Assembly (NCBI GenBank): GCA_024679065.1
Contig: JAGIQG010000020.1
Location: 45,322,001-45,386,000, forward strand
Length of the DNA: 64,000 nt
Source: Sphyrna mokarran
Taxonomy: Eukaryota
Direction of reading: 5' to 3'
Shown: one piece after another, positions 24,001 to 39,000 of the stretch
Position numbering within the stretch: the first letter of the stretch is position 1
Layout: the number at the start of each line of letters is the position of its first letter
The notes under the pieces: generated by a model
The model's database searches: none
Told to the model about the DNA's origin: nothing
What the model saw: the letters and a program-made list of their open reading frames with translations, nothing else
Made by a program: the position numbers and the translations under genes

Positions 24001-27000
24001 ATTAATATGTAAATATATATTCATCTATAAACTCTTCTTTCCTAATTTTGAGGCTATGGAAATTGGTGACAGTGATAAAACCTTGACCAGTGCTAAACAA
24101 TGTCAAACTACGACCACAAATTTTATCACAGCAGAGAATAGGGCCAACTTTGAATATAAATGACCTGACATAGGGTCAGGATTGAAACATTGGCTCTGTT
24201 TTCTCTCCATGGATGCTACCAGAGCTGCTGAGATCTTCCAACATTTTTTGGTTTTTCTTTCAGATTCCAGCATCTGCAGTTTTTTGTGTTTATCAAAAGG
24301 TTTATCCGTATTTTTATTCATTCTCAGGATGTGAGCATCGCTAGCAAGGTTAGCATTATTGCCCCTTGCCCTCAGTGACCAGCTGATTTGAGGCATCCTA
24401 ATGGCTTGCTGGACCACTCCAGAGGGCAATTAAGAATTGACCACTTTGCTGCAGGTCTTTAGTCATGTGTGGGCCAGGCAGAATAAGAACAGTTGTTTTC
24501 CTTTTCTAAAGGGTATTAATCAACTATTTGGACGTTTACAACATCCAGTAATCTGATTGTCACCATTGGTGATGCTAGTTTTTTTTTAATTCCAGCTTTG
24601 TTTAATTAACTGAATTCCAATTTCTCAGAAACAGTATTTTAATTGTTTTTACGATGTTAGTTTTGCAAAGCTTCTAGATTATTTACCAGATTGTTCAATG
24701 ATAAAATCAGAACTAGATTAGTGCAAGAAACATCAAACATGAATCGACGTATGTGAAAACTTAAAAAACAAAGCAAATCACCTTTTTACAATGAACTTAC
24801 CTCAGCTGCTTTAAACAACTATGGAGGTTGTTAAGAGGCTCTTTACTCACAGCCATCGGTGGCCTGAGTAATTCCTCAAGGAGGGAGGCAGGTACAGGGC
24901 AATCAGGGATCTTTACTGGAGTCACAGGATTTGATGAAACAGCATCGCCTTTCAACTCTATTCGCTGTTCAAAAACAGAAGTTTAAATTATAATTCAATT
25001 TAAAACATAGAAACATACAATTCTATTATGTAGTATTCATACTTATGTTCCATATGAGCCTCTTTCCACTGTATTTCATTTAACCCCCAGGACATATTCT
25101 TCTACTTCTTTCTCCCTCACAGATTTTATATATATATATCATGTTGTATATGTCACTAGTTAAAAATAAACTAAAATCTGACTCAGCTGTCAATCATTTT
25201 TACACATAAATTAAGCTGTAACTAAAAGGATCCATTTCAGAAAAATGCTGCAGAATTCTCCAGGAAGGTTTTCGCATCATTCATAGCAACAGGATTAAAA
25301 TTAAATTACTGCAATCATAGCCATGTAGGCATCTGGAGAAAGAATATCTAATGTGATATTTTCTATTGGAACCAAGTTACGTAACCAGATGACAAAAGGA
25401 ATAGGTTCACGAGTGATTCGTACTAGTCTGCAGGCTAACACTGTTACTGCAATGAGTGGTTACAATCTGATACGCACTGCCTGCAAGGAGGATGGAAGCC
25501 AATTCTATTGTAACTTCCAAAAGAAAACTGGATAATTATCTGACGGGAAAAGAATTGCAGGGCTGAAGAACGGAATTGGCTTCATTGATCTTGCAGAGAG
25601 CAAGCATCGAGTCAATGAGCCAAATGGCCACCTTCAGCGCTGTAACCATTCTACAGACTCAAACACATTGGGACAAAGCAACAGGAAACATCAGATATGG
25701 CACACTCATGTTCAATACTTTATGTTCCTGTTCTTAAAACTAATTTCAAGCACTGCAGGAATCAATGCAAATAGCAATTGATGCTGCATCAATTCTTAGT
25801 TTTAAAATCATAGAATCCCTACAAGTGCAGGAGGCAGCCATTCAGCCCATTGAGACTGCTCCAACCACAATCCCATGTAGGCCCTATTCCCGCAACACTA
25901 GTATTTACCTTGCTAATCCCAATAACAGGCAATTTGGTGTGGCCAATCCACCTAACCCCACATATCTTTCTACTCAGGAAGAAACTGGAGCACCAGATGG
26001 AAATCCACGCAGACATGGGGAGAATATGCAAACTCCACACAGACATTAATCCGAGGCCAGAACTGAACCCGGGTCCCTGGTGCTGCAAGACAACAGTGCT
26101 AACCACTGTGCCGGTATGCCCATCTGAGATTGATATTTTGATGTTAACCAAAGATTAAAGGCAGGCATGTGACATTAGATCACACATCAGCCATAATCTA
26201 ATTGAATGGCATGGAACAGGCTCAAGGGGCAAAATGTTCCAATGATCAGCTGAGTTGGGCTAGGTCGCACAGTGAGCACATTTAGCTTCTCCGACATCTG
26301 GTCAAGCACAAATATTTCAGGTCAGAAACAGCACTCTTGTGAAAACTACTCTACTTTGGCCTGGAGTTACCCATTCACCTTGCGTGTTTTTGTCTGTTTG
26401 AGGTCCATCTTCAGCTGGTGATTTTGTTGCAGTAATGTCTTCATGGTATTTCTTAGCTCTGACACCTTAGTTTGGAGCATGAATTTGTCCTTACGGGTTA
26501 CAGTCAGCTCCTCTTGCAGTTCCTCCAGATTAGCCTTGATACCCTGCAAAATACAGTGCAAGAATCAGCTACATTGTAAACTATTTTCAACTTAAGTTAG
26601 TAATAAACACAAGCTAAAAATAGTGGAAATGTTTAAATCCCATTGAAAAATCTTTAATTACATTAGCACAATAGTTACCTGTTTAATAAGGATAATGCTA
26701 ACAGAAAATAAAGACTTAATGTTGTTCTAATTTTGGGGGTTGATTTAATTGAGGACACACCCCTTAGAAACATGACTGAAACTATCCAAAAATACTCCAT
26801 TTCCTTTCAGAAACCAAAATGCTTATAAAAATGAAAAGGTATATTCATCTCCCCACACATTGCAAATGAAAAAAGGGCAAGTTGATGCACTAGTGACATT
26901 CTGGAATGAGTTACCCAAGAACAAGCTCAAAACAGCCCAGGCCAGACTCCAAGTTCCTCCACTCCTCTCTAATTTTCCACGAAAAGTACCCTTTGTTTCC

Positions 27001-30000
27001 TGGCTGGGTTCTGGAACTTGAAGTTCAGATATGACTACTGAAGTTCTCTAAGTGACATTTTATATCCTTCCACAGCACATTAATTAACATGATGCCAGGG
27101 CATGTACAGAGGATCCGTTATGCCTACATTGTTTTCAGTACTATAAATAATACTTTACCTGAAATGTATAACCCAATAATTGTAACTATTCCATTAAAAC
27201 TTTAACATTTTTCAGGTTGAATTTCTGTTATTTCGTTTACATTCTGAACTTCTGAGTTGCTGATGATGCCAGGGATTGTCAGAGGATGCAACAGGATATA
27301 AATAGTTTGGAGACTTAGGCACAAAAGTGGCAGAAAAGGGCAGATGGAGTTTAATTGGGACAAATGTGAAATGATGCATTTGAGGATCAAATTTAGGTGT
27401 AAATTAGAATGTAAATAGCAAAATCCTTAGGGCCATTAACGTACAGAGGGATCTGGGCGTGCAGGCCCACAATTCCTTAAAAATGGTAACACATATAGCC
27501 AAGGTGATTAAGAAACCACATGGCATGCTTGTCTTCATCGATTGGGGCACTGAGTTCAAGAGTTGGAAAATGGCTTGCAGCTATATAAAATCTTGGTTAG
27601 GCTGCATTTGGTCGCCACACTATCAGAAGGATGTGGAAGGTTTGAAGAGAGCGCAAAGAAGGTTCACCAAGATGTTGCCTGGTTTCGAGGGAATGTTGCC
27701 TGTTATGAGATTAAATAAACTAGGATTATTTTCACTGGCAAGATGGAGGCTGAGGGGAGACCTAATAGAGGTCTACAAAATTATGAGAAGCATAGACAGC
27801 GTGGATAGCCGGAGGCTTTTTCCCAGGATGCAAGTGTCAATTACAAAGGGGGACAGGTTCAAGGTGAGAGAGGTGGTGGGGCAGTGGCGGTGGTTTACGG
27901 ATCTGCGTGAGGCAAGGTTTTCACGCAGAAAATAGTGGGTACCGGGAATGTGCTGCCAGAGGTGGTGGTGAAAGCAGGCACATTTGCAACATTTAAAACG
28001 CATCTGGATGGGTACTTGAATGGGGGGGGGGGGGGTGAATAGAGATATACAGACCAAGTAAAGGCAGAAGGTTTTTTTTTTAAAGTTTAGTTAAGGCTTG
28101 ATCAGCACAGACTTGGAGGGCCAAATGGTCTATTCCTGCACTGTACTTTTCTTTATTCTCTCCCATCTCACAGGAATTTTAAACAAATAGTGATATGAAG
28201 ATTACAAAATTGTCAAGAATCTGAACTAATTCAGCAGAACACATTTTGAAATAATAAGCATGTAACAAAAGTGTGCAAAGTTTAGATATTTGGACACAGA
28301 GACAACTAAATAGGATTCTTCCTGCTAACATCTCCCACCTGTAAAGCTTCTTGTAATCCTTCCAACTCCTTCTGGCTTCGCTGTTCAGTCAGTGACAGCT
28401 GCTGCCTTAAGGCTTGTAGGTCTCTTTCCTTCTGTTCAACTTCCCATTTCAAGTCCTCCACCTGAAGAGAAAGACTTTTTATTTTGCCATAATCACAATT
28501 ATCAGTCTGTGCAGAAGACATCTCCCTGACTAGTCCCATTGCTGGCAACCAATTCCACCCTTTAATCAATCTAATATAAATTGTGGTCACTCAAGAAATG
28601 TATACTCATAACCTACAGTAAAGCTTTGAGATATTTTTGCGTTGTAATAGTAAGACACAGATGAGAATACTATTAAGTTCCATGTGGGGGTTTGGGGGTG
28701 GAGGAAATCTATTTGAAACAATTGACAGGGTCTTGTTATAAATTTTTGTATAAAGAACTGCACCTCTAACAATGTAGTATGATTTCAGCATTATGTTGTA
28801 GAGTCAACCTGGACTATTTATTGGAATGTGACTTGAAGCTACGACCACACTCATTCAGGAGACTGGCTGGAATACTGATGACAGTGGAACTGAGTTACAA
28901 AAGGGTAAAATACAGCGAGTGAAGCATAAAACCATTTCCACTCATCGGGATTTCAAACTCCATGTAACTAAGGTCAAGGCCCATGTTGAAACAGATTGAT
29001 GTGTAGGTACTGCTTTATATAACATAGATGTGGCCACAAGGTAAGTTGTACCTCCTGGTTTACAGTAGCTGGTTTGTTAAGCTGCTCATCCAGCTGTTTC
29101 TGCAATAGTTTAAGCTGAGAATGAGCTGCAGCCAATTCCTCCTGGAACTGTGCTACTTCCTGAGAGTGTTTCTTATCCTGGGCTCTGCAACAGAACATAA
29201 TGGGAGCAAAGTTAGATCAACCCAATCATAATACAACAGGAATTCCAGTAACCATTTTTAAAAAAAATCACATGACTAAAAAGGTAATCGTCTTGCTGAA
29301 GCTAAACGATGAAACAAAAGACTGCGATTTGAGATATGAGCTGGATTTTCAAAAGAAACGGTGTCACATTTTGAACAACTGTAGAAGTAAAACTGTTGTG
29401 ATTTCTTTGGCCATTGAGACAGGCCATTTCTCATCATTCAGCTGGTTACACTCATTCTATAACTGATATTTGTGATGGTAGATGGCAGCAAATTGTTTAC
29501 CAGCTTAGGAAATTCTAGAAAATATTTACATTAAAACTTTCCAACTGCTTTTTCCATTCCTTCAAGTAGTTGAATGAAATCGATCAAAAGATCCCAGAAT
29601 TGATTCTGTAGTAACAAGTTATTCTGCAGTAACAAGTTATTCTGCTGAGATTCCCATCTGAGCAAACAGCCCCAAATACATTTGTCCACTTAAATCCCAC
29701 ACCCCTTTGTCTTTTCCTTAGCATGGATAACTAGTGACACTCACATCATAGGCCAATATGAATTTCTACAATTCTATAAAATCCAATGAACAATTCCATT
29801 TTACATCATTCCAACCACAGATTTCAGATCAAATGCTGCACAGGATTAGGGGCAGAGATTTCCCAAACTCTAAACTTTAAATTAATCTAGCAATGCTGAA
29901 TAACTCTAACACCTCCAAGATTCATGAGGTGACATGGTGTTGGAGAGGCTACGGTGTGCGAAAACTCTACCAACACAAAGCAGGTTGATGGCATTTTAAC

Positions 30001-33000
30001 TCTCATATTCCTACCACACAGCCTTAGAATTATAAAATTATAGGATCTGTACAGCGAAGGAAGTGGCCATTTGGCCCTTTGAGTCTACAATGACTCTCCA
30101 ACAGAGCATCCAGCCAGGCCCTATCCCCGTAACCCCAAATATTTAACCCACTAATCTCCCTAACCTACACATCTTGGGACACTAAGGGCAATTTACCATG
30201 GGCAATCCACACAAGCAGTCATTCAAGGCCAGAATCGAACCTGGGTCCTGGCTGTTGTGATGCAGCAGTGCTAACCATCATGCCGCCCATTGTTTAGCTC
30301 AATGATTAGATCTCAGATGTATAAAACAGTTTCTGTCACACAGTTATCTTACTGGAGTTTATCAGCTTCTGCCTGCAGAGCTTCTACAAGCTGTTCTTTG
30401 GCGTACAACTCTTTCTTCACCTCACTGAGTTCAAGGGCAGCTGCTTTGTAGTGACGACGATTGTGCCCAGCCTCAGCTTTGTTTGCTGAAACCTAGAAAT
30501 AATTTAAAAATTAAAATTTAAAAAAACTAAAATTAAAATAAAAAGCAATGCCAAAATAGTGCTTTGATAATTTCAGTTAGTGAGGTGGAAATATTGCAAT
30601 AGCTCAGCGATTCTATTTTCTACATTCCCCTTTTATCCTGAAATTGCCTCTTGTTAATGTGCTGTTTAACAAATGTGGTCAAACCTTCAGCATCCCACAT
30701 CCAAATGATTATTCTTAGACAGCTGTTGAACTATAAAGGACAACAGAGCAGAGCACTCTGTTGTCTTAATCTATGATCCACATGTGTATTGCCAGCAGGA
30801 ATCACTAGACAGCAGCAGGAGCAGGAATCCTGGCTTTTAGCCAAACCTTAGCTCACTGTATGCTGAATGCAGCATTTCAAATGCTGCCTAGGCTGAGACA
30901 CACTTCCTCAGCAGAGAGTATGTTTGATTTAATCCTACACTGCGCTGTTCTTTAACCATTCTTGGTTAAGCGATGTAGATTAAAGAAATCAGTTTGCTAT
31001 ATTTAGTGATAGTTCTCAATACAATTTATAGACTAATGTTGACATATATAACAAGACAGGCAATTTTGAACAATGTACTAGCTAATTCAATGCAAGTAGT
31101 TTAATGAAACTGCTTGAATTTTTCTAAACCTTTGCACATTGTTGCCTTCCTTCAGTTTATATTTGGAATCCCAGAGAATTAGACATTCTGAGGTTCCAAC
31201 CTTTACTTTTGGAGTGAAAGTATTAAAACATTAACAAGGCAAATTGATGAATGATTATTGACTGCTATCATTAAAGGTTTCTTTGAAATAAACATGTGAA
31301 GCCCCCATTTACCTGCTGTTTCAGTTCATTAACATTTCCTTTCTCCCTTTCCAGTGCAATCTGCAAAGCTTGTACCAATTGCTTCATCTGTTGGTCTTCC
31401 TCTTCCTTTCGTTTCAGGACTGCTTGTACCTATCCAAACAAAATCATTCCATGAAATCTTGCTCCCAATGGCTGCTACTATGAGAGACTGTATTCCATCT
31501 TTTCTTTCTATTTTGAAGTAAAATAGAATTAGAAGCAGAAGTGGGCAAATTCAGCTGTTGGAGCTCGCTCCGCCATTCAATCAGATCATGGCCGATCTAT
31601 CTTTGGTCTCTCCCTGGTCTCAAATACACTTCCCCATATCCTCTATTCCTTATTTCCCCTTATCCCTTTTTTATTAGAAACATAAAAACATATCTAAGTA
31701 GAGCATGAATACTAATGCAATACAGAGTTAATCTCAAAATTGGGGGAAGGGAAAAGGGACTGAATTGTTTGTCACACTGATTTGTCAAGACCATCACTGA
31801 TTTTCGACAAGACAGATTTTGTGTTGGTAGACTACAGGACAGTTTGCTGTTGCTTTATTTAACCTTTGGAGCAGCACCAAGATCTCAACACGATGTCAAC
31901 AAACTGCTGGAGCCACTAAGCATCCGTGATTCTTGATTTGACACAACATGAACAAAAATTCACCAGCTTGCATCTATACTGTGACCACCTGGGTCTTCTG
32001 GATCATGAGTGGCTCTGGAACTTGGATCTGCCAGCCAGAACAATTCTGCATTACAGGCCCTACTTCCAAAAATATGGAGGAAAACATACCAAATGTTGTG
32101 AGGCCCATTTAGAAATAACTAAAGTGTCATTTAGGGGGCAGGCACTGTTAACTCGAACTTCTATTTTGCTGTATGCACGTCATTATGTTGCAATGCACAG
32201 TCCCATTAAGATTAACAAGAATCCACTAATGCGCATGTCTTTAAGGGGATATTACTTGTGCGCAGTCTGTTTGCTCCTTGTGCAACACATTCTCTATTGT
32301 TATGCAGTCGTGCACTAATGCAGTTTAGAGGAGCACTGGTAGAGAGAGTATGGGGAAGGTTAGCAAACAGAAGTGTTTGAAGTAAAATTTGAAACTATTT
32401 TTGTTCCATGAGATTAAGATTAGAATAATAAAACTTTGTTAAAGAGTGTTTCAATATTAATAGTTCAGGAGCTGATTTTCTTTTTTTTAAAAAATATGAA
32501 ATGCTCGTAGTATCTGGAAATCCTTAAATCTGCAACACTCGAGATTCAACAGCAGAAATGATGCCTGACCAAAAAAAAGCTCTACTTTGAGCCCATACCT
32601 GAAGATTAAGTTGTACAAGATCCGCTTCTCTCTTTGACAAGGCAGTCTCCAAGATACTGGTATGTTCTTTCAATGCAGCATGGGACTGACTTAAACCAAC
32701 AAGTTTCCCTCGTTCATGTTCTAATTCAAGAGTCAGCTTTTTATTAGCTTCTTCCAAGCGTCTTATCTTTTTCCGATAACCTCTTGACTCTTGAAGCTGA
32801 GAGAGAACAGAAGCCATCATAGTGAACAGAGAACTTTTACAAAATAAACTAATCATCATTCACACTCGTTGTAATTAATTCCACAAGACACAAGATGGAT
32901 TTTGGTCACAAAATTTAAATTAGGGCTCAGTACTCAAAGGGACAATACAAGTTGAAAAGATTCAATTGTGTATTTTACAATTTTTAAACACACTATATTA

Positions 33001-36000
33001 GTGACTGGAAAACAGCTTCGGATGCAATCCTTCTAATTCAGGTCACCTCACAAACACCTGTAAAAAAAATCTATTCAATTAGAATTATAGCTTGCAACAT
33101 TACAAGGGAAGTGCAGAAAAGGAGGAAGAAAAGAGGTCAACAGAGAGAAGCAATGAAAATGATAGGAGGCACTTACAGGTGAATGCAATAGACAGTATCT
33201 TACATACAGTTGTTGATGAACAACAGGTTTGATTTGCTCCTGACTTTTAACTTTGTACTTTCCTCTCTTGAGGATGGTAGATTTATGCTGCGGTAATTTC
33301 ACAGGAGTGAGCAGATAGTTCACCATCTGAGACACTAATTTTGATCTGTGAATCCAAAGCTGAGGCAGGATAGGCAGTTCACCACCATAGCCAAGGAAAA
33401 TCTATACACAAGCACCTTCCAGTTCAAAATTGGATGAGCTTTGCCTTGATGACCCAACTAGTACTTCATTGAGATTTAACTAAAAGACAATGAACAAAAC
33501 CTGAGAGCTAGCTGACCGATTTGTGTAGTGTAGTCAACTAACAATGAATCTCTGTGGGTCATTGTATAAAGCTGTGTATTTTAAATTCAGATAGGGATTG
33601 TATTCAGTCAATACAAGGCTGGAGGACTAGGATTTTATATATTCCCAAATACATAACTTTAAATAAAGGTTAAATAAAAATGAAAGGTTTTTTTATGATA
33701 AACTGATGTGTTTCATTGCAATTTATTTTATAAGAAACAGCTGACTGACTGACTGCAATCAGCAGTTATAAAAAGGACAAAGTGGGGATCAACTTTGAAA
33801 CTGAGTTCAGAAAGCTGCAAGTATTCCAACTGTAGTAGTAATTTTACAATTAAGCAACTTTTCAACAAAGACAACAAATACACTGTGGCACGGTGACACA
33901 GTGGTTAGCACTGCTGCCTCACAGCGCCAGGGACCTAGGTTCAATCCTGGCCTCGGATCACTGTGTGTGGAGTTTCCACATTCTCCCCATGTCTGCATGG
34001 GTTTCCTCCCACAGTCCAAAGAAGTCTAGGTTAGGTTGATGGGTCATACTAAATTGACTCTACTGACAGGTGATTAGCAAGGGAAATGTGAGAGGTTACA
34101 GGAATAGGGCCTGGGTGGGATTGTGGTCAGTACTGACTTGATGGACCGAATGGCCTCCTTCTGCACGATAGAGATTCTATGTGTTTGAGAGAGAAATATT
34201 TTAATTGGGGCACGTATGAGACAAATTCAATTTCACATGTATTTCACAATGCAATGTTAACTTAATGATTCAAATAATGATGACTCCAGATAATAATGCA
34301 TCTTAAAATCCATTTTCTGACAACGTAACTTCAAAAGTTCATGTTAGCTGTCAAGTATTTTCTGATGTCCTGAGGCCATGAAAAGTGCTACATAAATTTA
34401 AAATTAAGTTTTAAATCTTTTCTCTACAATTCTGTAGAACGGATCATACCAAAAGGAAGATAAAAGCATTTTATAAGTGATGAATGTGTTTTACCAGCAT
34501 AAAGATTCATAATACATTGTGCTCAGTCATCCTGGAACAAGATAAATTCAAGAAAAATTGCTGGAATTGCTCAAAGTGAAGTATAAAGTGCACTGGAATG
34601 AGAAATCAGGGTAGATTTGACTGATAGCAGTGTTCATGTGCAGAGCTTGGTTTGGTTTAGTTTTTACCTCATCCTCCAGATCCAAAACCTTCTCTCTGTA
34701 ATCCTCAAGCTCCTGGCTGGTAAGCGAGATGATTGCTTGCAGCTCCTTCTCAAGTGTGGCTTTGCTGTGGTTTACTGCCTGCAGTTCCAGTTGCAAAGCC
34801 TGAATCCGTTCCTATTTATATATAAAGGGTTAGGCAAGTCATTTTCCAGCCCAGCTCCAAGTCACATTGTCAATCTGCACAGTGGTGCCAAAAGCCCACA
34901 CTCCCTTATTTCTGCCAAAAATGAACTCAACTGCTACAATCCTTGTGCACAACAACCTCAGCAAATATTGCATATTGGCACCACACTGATCAATCTGAGT
35001 AAAATCCAATACAAGTTGTTTCCAAAGAACAAATAGCCATTTTTTTGTTGAATAGGAGGACTTATGAAAAGAAACACCATCTAGCAAATATCTCTCTGTA
35101 TTACATGCCATCACCTCCTAAGAGGATGGGACATATCATTACACACTGAGGGGATAGGAAACTTTTGCTCATATTATTTAAGAGTTTCACACAAGGTAGG
35201 CCAACTCTACTAGAACGATCAGGCCACCAATTTTTACCTCTCTTCAGGGGAACTACCTGGCTTCATGTTGTGTCTTATCAATACAGTTCAGCTGAGAGCA
35301 TCTGCTTAACAGTGGAGAACTATGGATGAAAGCATGCTGCCAATCAGTCTGAGGTTATTTATAAGCTGCTCCATTCTTTGTTATATATTCCAACTAAAAG
35401 ACAGATACACAGGCAAAAAGAAAACTGTATGTGCTAAAAATAGGACAACGCAGAAACTGCCAGAAATACTCAGCAGATCAGGTAGCATTTTTTGTGACAG
35501 AAACAGTTAATGGCTGGAATTCTCTGTAAGAGGTCTGACAACAGACCTCTTACTGAGTTTACCCCAGTCCAATGGTGGCATCTCTACATCCGGAATTCTC
35601 TGGCCATTCATGCCAGCGGGATTCTCTGGTCTAGCCAACAGTGCACCTGTGGATTTCCTGCCAGCATTGGGTGACATCAATGGGAATTCCCACTGACAGT
35701 GGAGAGACCAGCAAATCCCACTGCTTGCAAACAACACATCACCTCCTGCTGGTGAGCTGGAGAATTTTGCCCAATGTTTCAGGTTGACAATCATCAATTC
35801 TGATAAAGATCGTCAACCAGAACTGTTAGCATTTTTAAAAAATTCATTTACGCAATGTGGATGTTGCTAGCTGGGCCAACATTTATTGCTCATCAGAAGA
35901 TGGTACTCAGTTTGCTTCTTGAATCAACAGCCTCTGATGGGTGGGTATACCGTAAGTCCTGTTCAGGAGAGAATTCCAGGATGTTGACCCAAAAACAGCG

Positions 36001-39000
36001 AGGGAGCAGCAATACATTTCCATGTCGGGATGATGAGTGACTTGGAGGAGAACCTCCAGATGATAATGTTCCTGGTATCTGCAGCCCTTGCCTTTCTAGA
36101 TGGTAGCAATCGTGGATTTCAAAGCTGCTTAAGGAACCTTGGTGAGTTCCTGCAATACATCTTGTAGATGGTAGAAATGGCTGTTATTGTTCGTCAGTGG
36201 TGGAGGAAAAGCAATCAAGTGAGCTGCTTTATCCTGAATGGATTCAGCTTCTTGAATGCTGTTGGAACTATACTCATCCAAGCAAGTGGAGAGTATTCCA
36301 TCACACTCCTGATTCGTGCCTTGTAGATAGGGGACAGGCTTTGGGCAGTCAGGAGATAGAAATCATAGAATACTCACAGTGCAGCATGCGGCTATTTGGC
36401 CCACTGAGTCTGCATCATTCCCTGACATGTGCCCTCTCCCCAACCCTATCCCATTTAGCATGGCTATTCTATCTAACCAACACATCTTGGGACACTAAGG
36501 AGCAATTTACTATAGCTAATCCATCTAACCTGCACATCTGTGGAGAACCCAGAGGAAACCCATGCAGACACAGGGAGGACGTACAATCACTACACAGTCA
36601 GTCATCCGAGAAAGGAATCAAACCCAGGTCGTTGGTACTAAGAGGTAGCACTGCCATGTCATTGAGTTGCTCGCTGCAGAATTCCCAGTCTCTGACCTAT
36701 TCTTTTAGCTACAACTAAGAGTTTAGGAATAGCAACGTACTTGCAGAACTTTATCACTTCCACCCTCTGTGATCTGATCTTTCAGTTTGTTGAGCTCTGT
36801 CTCAGCAGACTCCTTTGCTCCAAGGGCTTCCTGCAGTCGACGGCTCAAGATACCAACAGCACTTTCATAAGCTTTATGTTTGGCTTTCATTTCTTTCTGT
36901 GCACTGCTGAGATCAGTACCAAGCTTCTTCATTCGGGTTTTCTGCTCAGAGATCCCTCTGAAAAAAAGTCAAGATGATGCAGGTTTAATACAATCAGAAA
37001 AATGAAGCTCATTTTGAACCAAATGATTCTTTATATATCAAAGAAAATCATGGGGAAAGAAATGGGAAAAAGTGAAGCTATCAACAGGTCTTTGAAATAT
37101 CAACACCTAACTGATGCCATAACAAATTCAATAGTAACATTCAAAAAGAATGGGATAAAGATTTACAAAGCTATATGGAAAGAGAAAGGAATTGAGAATA
37201 ACACTAAAATGAGCTGGTAACATGCAATGAGCCAAATAGCCTCTTACGCTGTTGTATCATTGGATGGAATAGTTAAGAAAGCCCATTTACTTTCTCAAAA
37301 GATGACACAAACCAGCATCTCATCCACTGATTCTGTCTACACTTCCTGCTGCCTTGACAAAGCAACCAGCATAATCAAGGACCCCACATACCCTGGACAT
37401 TCTCTTCCATTGGGAAAAAGATAAAAAAGTCTTAGGTCCCATACCAGCCGATTCAAGAACAGCTTTTTCTCTGCTGCCATCAGACTTTTGAATGGACTTA
37501 TCTTGCATTGAGTTGATCTTTCTCTACACCCTAGCTATGAACGTAATACAATATTCTGCATTCTCTCCTTTCCTTCTCTATTAACAATATGCTTTGTCTG
37601 TGTAGCGCACAAGAAAAAATACTTTTTACTGTACACTAACACATGTGACAATAATAAATCAAATCCAATCAAATCATTCTCTTAAGCTACACTCAGAGAT
37701 TACAATTTTGTGCAGTATTTCAGACAGATTCCACTGCATACATCTGGTGCCAATAGCTAAAATGTTAGGTGGAATAATATTTCCTCACACAAGTTAGAAT
37801 GATATCTCATTCTGCAGCAAAAAAAAAAATCCTGTAGTTGTTTTATAAAGTTCATAAACCTTGGTATTTTTGAAGCTATGACTATTCTGATCTGTGAATT
37901 ATTACAAAACTTGCAGCAAAAGGTCCAATAAAAGATTTGCTTATTTTCCAATTGGTTTATGGAAAATTTCTCAGGTGGTTTAAAAGTAAAAAGTGTCAAT
38001 CATTAGTACACATCACTGCTGCCTACACTTTATTGCAGAAATATCTGTGTAATGAAATACATTCGTTAATTAGCAGGAACAGAATCAATCAAGTTTAATG
38101 AAAAGTTTTCCTCACTTTTTAGCTTCTTCTTGCATCAGCTCCACGTGCTTCTTTAGTTCTTCATTCTCATGAGAGAGTGCCACTAGCTGGTTTTTGTCAA
38201 ACTGCATCGACTATTAGAAAGTAGAATAGGACAGATTTAATGGTTTGTTGACAGAACAAATTAAACTAAATAATGCCAACTCACTGACTATAAGATGGAT
38301 GTGATTGCACTAGAAGGGGTGCAGGGGAGATTCACCAGAAGATTGCCTGGGCTGGATCATTTCAGCTGTAAAAAGGAGCTGGTTAGGCTGGGATTATTTT
38401 TCTCAGAGCAGAATGCTGAAGAGTACTTGATCAAGGTGTATAAAATTATGAGGGACAAAGATAGAACATAGAACATTACAGCACAGAACAGGCCCTTCGG
38501 CCTTCGATGTTGCGCCGACCAATATAAAAAGCAATGCCCCTCCAAACTAAACCATTCCCTTCTCTTCCATATACTTATCAACTAACCTCTTAAACGCCAC
38601 CAAACTTGGCGCATCTACAACTGCTGCAGGCAGGGCATTCCACTCCCGAACCACCCTTTGGGTAAAGAACCTACCTCTGATATCCGTCCTATAACTATCA
38701 CCCCTTAATTTAAAGCTGTGTCCCCTCGTGCTAGCTTTCTCCATCCTAGGAAAAAGGCTATCACTGTCCACCCTATCTAAACCTCTAATCATCTTATATG
38801 TTTCGATAAGGTCCCCTCTTAGCCGCCTCCTTTCTAACGAAAACAACCTCAAATCCTCAGCCTCTCTTCATAAGACCTGCCCTCCATACCAGGCAACATC
38901 CTGGTAAACCTCCTCTGTACCCTCTCCAATGCCTCCACATCTTTCTTATAATGTGGGGACCAGAACTGCACACAATACTCCAAGTGCGGCCGCACTAGAG

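Noticed and set aside
29603-29645. CRISPR-like repeat
   Set aside because: Adjacent tandem duplication without spacers in a eukaryotic intron
32140-32340. hAT-type MITE ending in tttagaggagcactg
   Set aside because: Only one TIR-like end found; no partner or TSD
33885-33960. tRNA genes
   Set aside because: The A/B boxes belong to tRNA-derived SINE heads; no complete cloverleaf
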